Assembly (NCBI GenBank): GCA_030390025.1
Contig: CM059431.1
Coordinates: 32,054,001 to 32,118,000, forward strand
Direction of reading: 5' to 3'
Length of the DNA stretch: 64,000 nucleotides
DNA from: Squalus acanthias
Lineage: Eukaryota
A program made the position numbers and the translations under genes. The notes under the pieces were generated by a model. It was not told the DNA's origin and ran no database searches. It saw nothing but the letters and a program-made list of their open reading frames with translations. Below are positions 27,001 to 39,000 of the stretch, one piece after another; within the stretch, counting starts at the first letter, position 1; each line of letters opens with the position of its first letter.

Positions 27001-30000
27001 GAAGGCGGGTTGACAGCAGGTTTCCTACGCGCTATCAATCTTTGCGATTTTGACAGTGGACCCACCTCCAAACCCGCACTCTGAGCGCGGCAAAATCCAG
27101 CCCATAGAGTACAAAAGCAAGGAAGTTATGATGAACCTTTATAAAACACTGGTTCAGCCTCAATTGGAGTATTGTGTCCAATTCTGGGCACTGCACTTTA
27201 GGAAGGATGTGAAAGCCTTAGGCAGAAAATATTTACAAGAATAGTTCCAGGGATGATGGACTTCAGTTACGTGGATAGACTGGAGAAGTTGGGGTTGTTC
27301 TCTTTAGAGCAGAGAAGATTGAGAGGAGATTTGATAGAGGTGTTCAAAATCATGAGGGTTCAAGACAGAGTAGATAGAGAGAAACTGTTCCCATTGGCTG
27401 AAGGGTCGAGAACCAGAGGACACAGATTTAAGGTGATTGGTAAAAGAACCAAAGGCGACATGAGGAAAAACTTTTTTACGCAGCAAGTGGTTATAATAAT
27501 AACTTATATTTATATAGCGCCTTTAACGTAGTAAAATGTCCCAAGGCACTGCAGAGGAGTATTACAAGACAAAAATGTTGACACCGAGCCACATAAGGCG
27601 AAATTAGGGCAGGTGACCAAAAGCTTGGTCAAAGAGGTAGGTTTTAAGGAGCGTGTTAAAGGAGGAAAGAGAGGTAGTGAGGCGGAGAGGTTTAGGTAGG
27701 GAATTCCAGAGCTTAGGGCCTAGGCAACAGAAGACACGGCCAACAATGGTTAAGCGATTATAATCAGGGATGCTCAAGAGGACAGAATTAGAGGAGCGCA
27801 GATATCTCGGGGGGTTGTGGGGCTGAAGGAGATTACAGAGATAGAGAGGGACAAGGCCATGGAGGGATGTGAAAACAAGGATGAGAATTTTGAAATTGAG
27901 GCGCTGCTTAACCGGGAACCAACGTAGGTCAGCGAGCACAGGAGTGATGGGTGAACAGGACTTGGTGCGAGTTAGGTCACGGGCAGCCGAGTTTTGGATC
28001 ACCTCAAGTTTACGTAGGGTGGAATGTAGGAGGCCAGCCAGGAGTGCGTTGGAATAGTCAAGTCTAGAGGTAACAAAGGCATGGATGAGGGTTTCAGCAG
28101 CAGATGAGCTGAGGCAAGGGCGGAGATGGGCGATGTTACGGAGGTGGAAATAGGCGGTCTTTGTTATGCTGCGGATATGTGGTTGGAAGCTCATTTCAGG
28201 GTAAAATATGACACCAAGGTTGCGAACAGTGTGGTTCAGCCTCAGACAGATGTTAGGGAGAGGGGTGGAGTCAATGGCTAGGGAACGGAGTTTGTGGTGG
28301 GGACCGAAAACAATGGCTTCGGTCTTCCCAATATTTAACTGGGGAAAATTTCTGCTCATCCAGAACTGTATGTCGGACAAGCAGTCTGGCAATTTTGAGA
28401 CCGTGGTGGGGTTGAGAGAAGAGGTAGTGAGGTAGAGCTGGGTGTCGTCAGCGTACATGTGGAAACTGACACTGTGTTTTCGGATGACGTCGCTAAGGGG
28501 CAACATGTAGATGAGAAATAGGAGGGGGCCAAGGATAGATCCTTGGGGGACACCAGAAGTAACGATGCGGGAGCGGGAAAAGAAGCCGTTGCAGGTGATT
28601 CTTTGGCTACGATTAGATAGATAAGATTGGAACCAGGTGAGTGCAGTCCCACCCAGCTGGACGATGGTGGAGAGGCGTTGGAGAAGGATGGAGTGGTCAA
28701 CCGTGTCAAAGGCTGCAGACAAGTCAAGAAGGATGAGGAGGGATAGTTTACCTTTGTCACAGTCACAAAGGATGTCATTTGTGACTTTGATGAGAGCTGT
28801 TTCGGTACTGTGGCAGGGGCAGAAACCTGATTGGAGGGATTCAAGCATGGAATTGCGGGAAAGATGGGCACGGATTTGGGAGGCGACAACACGTTCAAGG
28901 ACTTTGGAGAGGAAAGGGTAGTTGGAGATGGGGCGGTAGTTTGCAAGGATGGAGGGGTCAAAGTTTGGGTTTTTTTGAGGAGAGGGGTGATGACAGCAGA
29001 TTTGAGGAGAGCGGGACAGTACCTGAGAAGAGAGAACCGTTAACAATGACAGCTAACAAGGGAGCCAGAAAAGGAAGTTGGTCAGCAGTTTGGTGGGAAT
29101 AGGGTCGAGGGAGCAGGAAGTGGGTCTCATGGACAAGATGAGCGCAGAGAGGTCATGAGGGGTGATCGGAGAGAAACTGGAGAAAGATGTGAGTTCAGGG
29201 CTAGGGCAGGGGGGAACCTTAGAGGAAGTTTGGCCTGGTGGGCTAGGGGAAGGAAGGGAAGTGGCAGAGGCAGCTGAATGGATGGTCTCAACCTTAGAGA
29301 CAAAGAAGTCCATGAGCTCCTCACGCGTGTTATCGGAGGTGAGGGTGGAGGAGACGGGGGCGAGGGGTTTAAGACGACGGTTAGCAGTGGAGAATAGGAG
29401 CTGGGGTTTATCTTTGCGGACACAGAAGGAAGTAGGGTTGGGGGGGAGGGGGGTGGGGGGCGGTGGAAGGGGGATGTGGGTGGCGAGCGATATGAGGAAG
29501 TAGTCAGAGATGGCCTTATCTGCAGATAATATGGAATGCACTGCCTGAAAGGGTGGTGGAGGCAGATTAAATCATGGCTTTTAAAAGGGAATTGGATAAG
29601 TACCTGAAGGAAAAAAAATTGCAGGGCTACGGGGAATGGACAGGGGAGTGGGACTAGCTGAAGCACTCTTGCAGAGACGGCATGGGCTCGATGGGCCAAA
29701 TGGCCTCCTTCTGTGCTGTAACCATTCTATGATTCTATTCTATTCTATGATTCAATGGATATGCAACTAAGCTGTCCCAGGAAACGGTTGGGTAAATACC
29801 TCTCCAGACCATCAGTGGGTCTGCAAATTTTAGTCTAGGTCATTTATATATATTGAGAAGAACAAAGGTCACAGCACTGATTCTTGGGGCATCACTGGTT
29901 GCACACCCCAAGTCTAAAAACATACATGAAACACTACTTTCCTTGCAGTGAGTTGCACCACTTTTATCCCAATGGGAAAAGATTTGCACCCATTGACGGT

Positions 30001-33000
30001 CTGGCGTCATATTTACACAATCGTTTCCTGGGACAGCTCATTTGCATATCCATTGGAGGAGTAATTGCCATAAATTCCATGTAAAATAAGTATAATCGTA
30101 TAATCTGCTGGGCTGCATGGAAGTTAGAGTGCAGCCTTTAAAAAGCCAGTACTGGCTGAACACTGCAGGAGCAGACTGGGGTCAACCAGGTAAGGAATGG
30201 TGCCTGGCTCACTCACTTGATGATCACGTCACTAGGAACATAGGAACAGGAGTAGGCCATTTAGCCCCTCAAGCCTATTCAGCCATTCAATGAGATCATG
30301 GCCGATCTGCAACCTATCACCCTTTGTGTGTAGAAGTGACTCCTGAAAGGTCTGGCTCTAATTCTTAGACTATGCCCCTAGTCCTAGACTCCCCAACCAG
30401 CAAAAATAGTTGCTCTCTAACTACCTTCTCTGTTCCCCTTAATATCTTGAAAACTTCAATCAGATCACCGCTTAACCTTCTAAATCCCAGGGAATACAAC
30501 CCTAATTTGTGTAATCTCTCCTCGTAACTTAACCCTTGAAGTTTGGGTATCATTTGTTTTGTATTTTAGTATTCGTAAGCCAGTGGAATGTCATGCACAA
30601 TTTTCAAATCTAAAGGAACGGTTCCTGAATCGAGAGAACTTTGGAAGATTATAGTTAGGGCATCTGCAAAGTGCTCACCTACTTCATTTAAAACCCTGGG
30701 ATGGAAACCATCTGGTCCTGGGGATTTGTCATTCTTTAGTGCCATTATTTACTTCATTACTGTTAGTTTGCTTATGTTATTTATGTTGAGTGCCTGTCCC
30801 TGGTTCAATATTAGTTTCCTTGGGATTTCTGGCATGCTATCCTCTTCCTCTACTGTAAATAGTGACGTAAAGTAATTATTCAACATGTCCGCCATTTCCT
30901 TATTATCATTGACAATATCACTGATATCAGTTTAAGGGGTCAACATTGTTCCTGACCACCCTCTTTTTCCTAATATAATTGAAAAAAAATTTCATGTTGA
31001 TTTTGATATCCCTTGCAAGTTTCTTTTTATACACCCTTTTTGTAGCTCTTACTATCTGTCTTGTCACCCTTTGCTGTTCTTTGTATCTTTCCCATTCGCT
31101 AGGAACTGTGCTATTTTTTGCATTTTTGTATGCGTTTTCTTTTAGTTTTATGCTGTCCCTTACCTCTTTAGTTGTCCATGCCTGGTTTTTTTTGACAAGT
31201 AGAGCTCTTGCCCCTCAGGGGTATAAACTGGTTCTGCATCACCTTAAATTATTTTTTGAACACCTTCCACTGATCTCCTGTCATTTTACTCATCAACAGA
31301 TTTGCCGAAATGTCAAATACCCCTGAATATTCAGTTCCCATCCTTGGTCACCTTGCAACCACGTCTCTGTAATGGCTATCAGATCATACCCATTTATTTC
31401 TATTTTTGCCATCAACTCATCTATCTTGTCACGAATGCTGCGTGCATTCAGATAAAGAGCCTTTAATTTTATCTTATAATTTTTCCTTACTCTGACTCTA
31501 TTTTCTGGTGCAATCTTACGCTTGTATGCTCTGCCCCTTCCTGATACATTTTGGTTATCGTTACCCCTGTCGTTGCCCTGCACTATTGCCTTCTTCTTTC
31601 TCTTTGCCTTCCTAAATACCCCTTCACCTGAACCCCTATCTTCTATTTTCAGCTTAGCTTTTCTCCCTTCTGATTCTACCCTCAGGTTCCCATCCCCCTA
31701 CCAAGCTAGTTTAAACCCTCCCCAACAGCACTAGCAAAACCCCCCGCGAGGATATTGGTCCCGTTCCCGTTGAGGTGCAACCCGTCTGGCTCGTAGAGGT
31801 CCCACCTCCCCCAGAAACGGTTCCAATTCCTCAGGAATCTAAAGCCCTCTCTCCTACACCATCTCTCCAGCCACGCATTCATCTGCTCTATCTTCCTATT
31901 TCTGTATTTGTATAAATCTAATATGTCATGCCCCCTTGTTAGTTCTAGGACATATTGTTGCAGAAAACTATCCCGAACACATTCAAGAAATTCACTACCT
32001 TTCTGACATGTGCTAATCTGCTTATCCCAATCTATATGAAATGAGACTGCATGTCGCATTAATCTTTTTCAAGAATGTCGACTACAGGAGTAGCTGGTAC
32101 ATGCAGCCAAACATGGCAGCAGTGCATGGCACACTGGCAGAGAAGATGCCACAATTTCACAGACTTTAACCTGCCCTAAGCCTCTCCACCTCTCTCTCCT
32201 CCTTTAAAGACGCTCCTTAAAACCTACCTCTTTGACCAAGCTTTTGGTCACCTGTCCTAATATCTCATGTGGCTCAGTGTCAAATTTTGTTTGGTAACAA
32301 TCCTGTGAAGCACCTTGGGACGTTTTACTGTGTTAAAGCTGCTATATAAATGCAAATTATTGTTGTTGTTGCAAGCCCTCCTTGAGGAAACTGACATCAG
32401 AAGACACAGGCTGCTGGATGTGGGTGGCATCAAACCTGCCAATGTCAGCTGTGCCACCTGGAAGGAGGTTGCATTGGCATGGAGTGCCTACTTTCACATG
32501 CCAAGGACTGAAGATTAGTACTGCAAGAAGTTCAATGACTTGACCAGGGCGTGCAAGGTAACACATCGACCACTTTCCCATTTCTTCCCCACCAGCATAT
32601 CTTCACTCTCTAAAAGAAACATTTGTACAACTAACCCATCACAATGCACCCTGGTTAAGGGGTTGGGGGAGCTCTAACTTGGGATCTTGCTAGCCATCTC
32701 CCCTAGCAGCAATTACATGCACAATCCCAACACCCCTTCCTCCACTTTAATACGTTGATACACCCGCATCTCTTATGTCAGCTCTCCCATGCCATTTGCC
32801 ACACAGTCCTCAACTGCTAGTTTTCCCTTTATTTACTCAATCTTGTTGCAGGAGAAATTGGCACACTATGCTCGTAAGTGGTTGGCCACCAGTGGAGGCA
32901 TCCACACCTTTAAACAACTCATGCCCTACGAAGAGAAGGACATGGGGTTATTAAGGAGGCGCGCTGCTCTTGCCATGGGAAGGTCAACAGCATCGTACCA

Positions 33001-36000
33001 GAGCCACGTTTAGTGATTGAACACCTACACTGTCACCCTGGCATCCCTATGAAGCATCACAAACACAAACATCTGTGGGGTAGCCTTGAGGATGAGTTCA
33101 TAGAGTGTATTCAGGATGGTTTCTTAGAGCATCTGTTCTCTATCTCCTTAATCCCAATGGAGCTCAGATAGTTTCACCCAGGAAGATTTAGGTGATTCAC
33201 AGAGCCGAAGGAGTGTGAAGGGGTAAGGATGTACCACCTTCCTAGCAGAGGCTGAGGAGAAGGCTTTCATACTCACTGTAAAGTTATTGGGGATGCTTCT
33301 TCCTAATGATGATCAACTTATGATGTAATGCAATGTTTGTGTCATGGTGACATTATTTGCCTCACTGGTAAACAATGGCATTATGACAAGGCCTTGGACA
33401 TCGTGGTCCACTTTCCATACCTCGGGAGCCTACAGTCAACAAGAGCAGACGTCGATGACGAAGTCCAACACCGCCTTCAGTGTGCCAGTGCATCCTTCGG
33501 TCGCCTGAAGAAGAGAGTGTTTGAAGACCAGGACCTCAAACCCGGCACCAGGCTCTTGGTCTACAGAGCAGTAGTGATACCCGCCCTGCTGTATGCCTCA
33601 GAGACATGGACCATGTACAGCAGGCACCTCAATACACTGGAGAGGTACCACCAACGCTGCCTCCACAAGATCCTGCAAATCCATTGGCAGGATAGGCGCA
33701 CCAACGTCAGTGTTCTCGCTCAGGCCAACATCCCCAGCATCAAAGCTTTGACCACGCTCGATCAGCTCCGATGGACGGGTCACATCGTCCGCATGCCAGA
33801 TACGAGACTCCCAAAACAGGTACTCTACTCGGAGCTCCGACACTGCAAGAGAGCCCCAGGTGGGCAGAGGAAACGCTTCAAGGACACCCTCAAAGCCTCC
33901 TTGGAAAAAGTGCAACATCCCCACCGACACCTGGGAATCCCTGGCCCAAGACTGCACAAAGTGGAGGAGAAGCATCCGGGAAGGCGCAGAACACCTCTAG
34001 TCTCTTCGCCAGGAGCAAGCGGAAGCCAAGCGCAAACAGCGGAAGGAGCGCACGTCAACCCAAGCACCCCACCCACCCGCCCCTTCAACCACCGTCTGCC
34101 CCACCTGTGACAGAGACTGTAGGTCCCGCATTGGACTCATCAGTCACCTGAGAACTCATTCTTAATGTGGAAGCAAGGCATCCTCGGGTCCGAGGGACTG
34201 CCTAAGAGAAGAAACAATGACATTACGATAGATGGCTTTTCCAGGCAGTTTCACCCACACAATAACAACCCCCTTTTCAAAGTAATTTGGAGCTTGTGTA
34301 AAGCATAAAGGCTGATGAACGTGGAATAGGAGAGGGAGAGACAAAGTGACAGCAACAATGCCAATCTTCACAATAAATTATGATGTGGACATTTTCCAAT
34401 CACAATATTCTTGTGTTAATCTTTTTAAAAGAATTGACCTTTCAAACTGTCTACAAACCTTTGACTCTGTACTTTGTTTGTTTTCTTCACTTTGGTCTAA
34501 ATTGATGAGCTGTATCACAGAGGTCTCTTCCTCCAACACTGGATGAATGGGCATGCTGAGCGGATCAATCAGAATTTCATAGGGAACCATTGGGTGCTTC
34601 CAAGATGCTGGAGCATAAATTTCCCATGGCTGCGGCTGCCCAAAGGTACCTTACAAAGAGTCAAGTAAACATCTATTATAGAGGGATAACTGATACTTGG
34701 GAGTGATTACAAGGCAGTAATATTTTCAAAGGGCCAGATGAATAAAGCGTAAGCCACTTAAAACTATCATCTAATTGCAGAAATAACATTAAAGCTTTGT
34801 AATTATTGATAAAAAGTCACAATATATCTTGTCATTCAAATATAAATAAATTAAGGAAAAAGATCTTGTGTAACTTTGGGCAGCTTTATTCTATTTTTTG
34901 TCTATTCTTTTGCCAATACCAGTCATGGTAGAAGTCAACGGTCAGTGTCATTGATATTTGATGGTTAAAATATGGACGGGGGGAGGGGGGGTGAGAGATG
35001 AGGATGAGAGGGGGAGGGGAAGAGTAGAGATGGGAGTGAAATGGGGAGAAGGCAGAGGAATAGGGAGAGGATGGAGAGGTGAATAAGTCTTGGGAGAGGG
35101 GAGGGGAACAAGGCAAGGAGAGCAGAATGAGGAGGGGAATGGGAAGAGGAGGAAGGAGGGGGATGGAGGATAGGAGGAATGGGTAGGGGGATGGGAGAGG
35201 AGTGGATAGAATGGGGAGAGTGGAACAAAGGCAGGGCAACTACCTCAGAGGCGGGTGGTAAGTCTCCCAGAAAGGGCCGGGGGAAAGCTTTCTTGGACCA
35301 TCTCAATAGGGCGAGTCTTAGGTCAGCCTTCCAAAACTCACCCAGTTTGGTTGGGGGGAGGGAAGGAGGGGAAAGGATACTTTCAAAAGTTGAAATTTGA
35401 CCCCAATAGGCAAAAACCCAATGAGAGGGTGGGGTGTGGTAGCAAGAGCAAGATAAGATTCAGCATGTGGGCCAATAGCGTGCTGAATGTTGGGGGTGGA
35501 ATTTTGGCTGCTTAAATCCATTATCTGCTTCTTAAGGTTGCTGACATTGGTCCTCAGGTCTCTGAGTGGAATATTTAACTCTCAACCAACACTCAACAAT
35601 ATGTCATTGCCTTTGTGAGACCTTGCTGTGTGCAAATTGCCTGCCATGTTTGCCTACATAACAACAGTGACAGCACTTCAAAAAGTCTATCACTGGTTAT
35701 GTATGAAGTGCTTTGGCATGTCCTGCGGATGCAAAAGGTGCTATATAAATGCAAGCTTTTTCCTTTTCACCCTTTACTCTAACGATCAAGTTCTCGCTTT
35801 TGCCAAGTATCGCATCTACAACATTGACTAATTCATAAAAATTTGGCTAAGTGTTACTCATGTTAGTTGGACCCACAATGAGTAACATCTCAGTCAATTG
35901 TTATTACATTAGTAATTACCAATAAACTCCCCATCCATGCTCCACAGTCGTACAGTACCCTCAACAGAAGAGGTCACCATCACCTTTTGTTCTTCTATCA

Positions 36001-39000
36001 GCTCCATGCTGGAACATAAATGAAAATTATTTATCATAAAACAAAAGAGTGAAATGGAAGCTTTTAGAAGTTAATGCAATGTACACAGCGCATACATACC
36101 AAGTAACACCGCTTACATGGGCCCTCCAGTAGTTAACAACTATAACAAAGATAGATGAAAAGATAATGCAACTAGGTTAGTACTATTCTAATTCTGTTGT
36201 TCAATATATAATTTTTTCACACCATGCAATGTTTTCAATCCATACGGGTTATAGTATTCCCACGTCATAATCAGCTTTCCTACATTTTTTTTTGGGGGGG
36301 GGGGTGGTGGAGTGGGGGATATGTCCTGAAAACCTTTCTGTACACAGGCAGCAGACAAAGTACATTAACAATTAAACTGTTAAGGTTCAAAGAGTGTGCA
36401 TCAAGGAAAATCACAAAAGATGTACAGGAAAATTGTATAGTGTACAGTAATATTTCAGCACAGTCTCCATATATTGAAACCGAAAGGACTGATCAATAGC
36501 TTCAACATATTAAAATGTCAATATATCAAGATTGCTGCTCTGGCTCTCTAGCCAATCTCCTCCGCTCTTAAGTGGCTGCTACTGATGAAGCTGTTATGTG
36601 AAAACTCTCCCGGTATAAATTGTTTGAGCGCGCCCTCATTGTTACCCAGCACAAGCCTGCTCTCTCCAACTCCCAGTCAACATGAGCCCAGGATTCTGCA
36701 CTATTGCTCTCTATGCAGCTTAGTTCATCTTTATGAATTTGGCAGGCCAAGCAGCATATCAGATATTCAATATACCAAAGCTAGATTAATCAAGACTCCA
36801 CTGCGCATTCAATATCATTTTGTTATATCCTCTTTGTAGCTCTTCTCTTTACTTTTTTGTTCCTTTCTCTAATGTTTTTCTCATTGTATTTGTGATGGAG
36901 TCTTTTCTGCTGCCAAGTTTTTAATCTTTGCTGCCTCTCTAGTTTATCTTGGTTATTTTTTTTATTCCTCCTTGGACAGATTTTTTCTTTCACAGATCTT
37001 AGTGCCTGCTGAGATATATTGGCCCAAAAATTAGTCTTAGTACGCGAGAGTACGCACTGTGTACTCTCGCGTATTCTGTCTCCAATTGCCGGTTTTCTGC
37101 ATGCACTGCGCATGCGCTGAAAACCGGCACTTGGTGAACTCAAAAGGGGGCGGTTCCTAAGTGAACCGCGTGCGCGCTACAGGCTGCGCGCACGCAGTGC
37201 ACTTAGTGCTTTGAACGCGCAGGTAAGCATGGAAGATTTTGCACATAAAGAAAGGAGGCGTAAGACCCACTTTTAACAAGGTAAGTAGTTAATTAAGTAT
37301 TATTTTAAATTTTTTTCAACAGGTTTATCTTTTTTAGAGACTTTAAAGAAAGGTAAGTTTATTTTTCAAAAATTTAATTTTTTGTTTAAAGTGGTTAATT
37401 TATTTAACTATACTTATTTTATTAATGTGATGGTTTTTTAAAAAATTTAATTGAGGTTTAGCTGTTCTTTTGGGGGGGTATAGATTCATAGCTTTGACAG
37501 CCCTTGCTGTCAAAACTATGAATGAAAGATGGTGTGCTGCCATTGGCTCTAACTGAATCACGTGATCCCACAGCTCGCACGAATTAACTGCGTCTGTGGG
37601 ATACGCACACACTGCACAGCTGCAGCCTTGAAACTAAAGTTCGTGTGAGCTCGGAAGGAAAAGGCAGGCGCACAGTGAGATATCGCAGGGAAGCCTTACC
37701 CCCGCAGGAAGGCTCCGTCTTTAATTTCTGGGCCATTGTGTAATCGGTAATCATGACCGCTAACATTCCCTGAGAATCTCAGTAGCCATTTGGAAAGCAG
37801 GCAGGAAATAACTGCAAGTCAAAATCTCATAATTGCAGAGTTTGCTATTTCCTGTTAATGTTGGTGGAAATTGGGGCTGCTGTTGAATACAAGAATCTCC
37901 AAAAATAAGAGAATGCTAAAGTTTTGCTTTAAGTATTTCCAAAGTACTTCAAAATACATAATTTAATGTATTGGATGTATTCCATTTTATATTTTTGACA
38001 TATATTTACTTCATCGTTTCTAATGAACTCTATTGATTGGTGATTTTGCGTGCATTTACAGTACAAGTTTAATGTTGGTGCAAAGCAGTTTGTGCTTTGC
38101 ATCAAAACTGAACCTGTTTATGTTAAAACAGGTGTCAAAGCCTAAACTAACTTTGAACTGACCTGTGCCATTCACCCGTGTCATTCTGGTGTTGAGTTCG
38201 GCCAAGTCAAGTTTCAAGCTGCACTTATACTCTAACCAGTGTCAGCCTTAGATCAAAGGTAGCACTCTTGTCTCTGAAATAGAAGGTTGTGGGTTCAAAT
38301 CGAGGGACTTGAGCACATAATCTAGGCTGGCACTTGGGTGCAATACTGAGGGAGTGCTGTAATGTTGGCGGTGTGGTCTTTCTGATGAAATGTTAAACTG
38401 AGGCCCCATCTGCCTTCTCAGGTGGATGTAAAAGATCCCTTGGCACTATTCGCACAGTCCTGGCCAACATTCATTCCTCAACCAACAGCACTAAAACATA
38501 TTATCTGATGAAAGGTCATCGACCTGAAACGTTAACTCTCTTTCTCTCTCCACGGATGCTGCCTGGCCTGCTGAGTTTTTCCAGCGTTTTCTGTTATTAT
38601 CTGGTCATTTACCTCTTTGCTGTTTGTGCGTAAATTGGCTGCACGTTTGCCTAAATTACATCAGTGACTACACTTCAAAAGTACTGCATTGGCTGTGAAA
38701 TACTTTGGGACATCCTGAGGATGTGAAAGGTGCTATACAAAGGCAAGTTCTTTCTTCTAACTGCAGTGTTGCTGCAGAGCTAATCCACTCCGCACGAACA
38801 CTACAGTTATAGTGTGAATGGACCATAAAACAGGAACAAATAAACAGAGAAAATCCTGGAGTTAGGAGCATACGGCTATAGAAAATGATATCAACGAAGT
38901 TTAGTAACCCTTCCCACAAAAAATGTTTGTCACTCACTAGATGATTCAGTTCTTCATCACTCTCTAGCCATATACAGTATGTTTTATGTATACATTGGCC

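Larger units (their letters stand above)
22920..29752 (+). mobile_element. CR1 LINE split into pieces (22920-24347, 25255-25272, 27104-27497, 29526-29752) by three nested insertions
   Basis: The RT reading continues across each insertion (GFINRG|IEYKSKEV; FTQQVVI|IWNAL); the ATTCT tail ends at ~29752. Confidence 0.9.
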
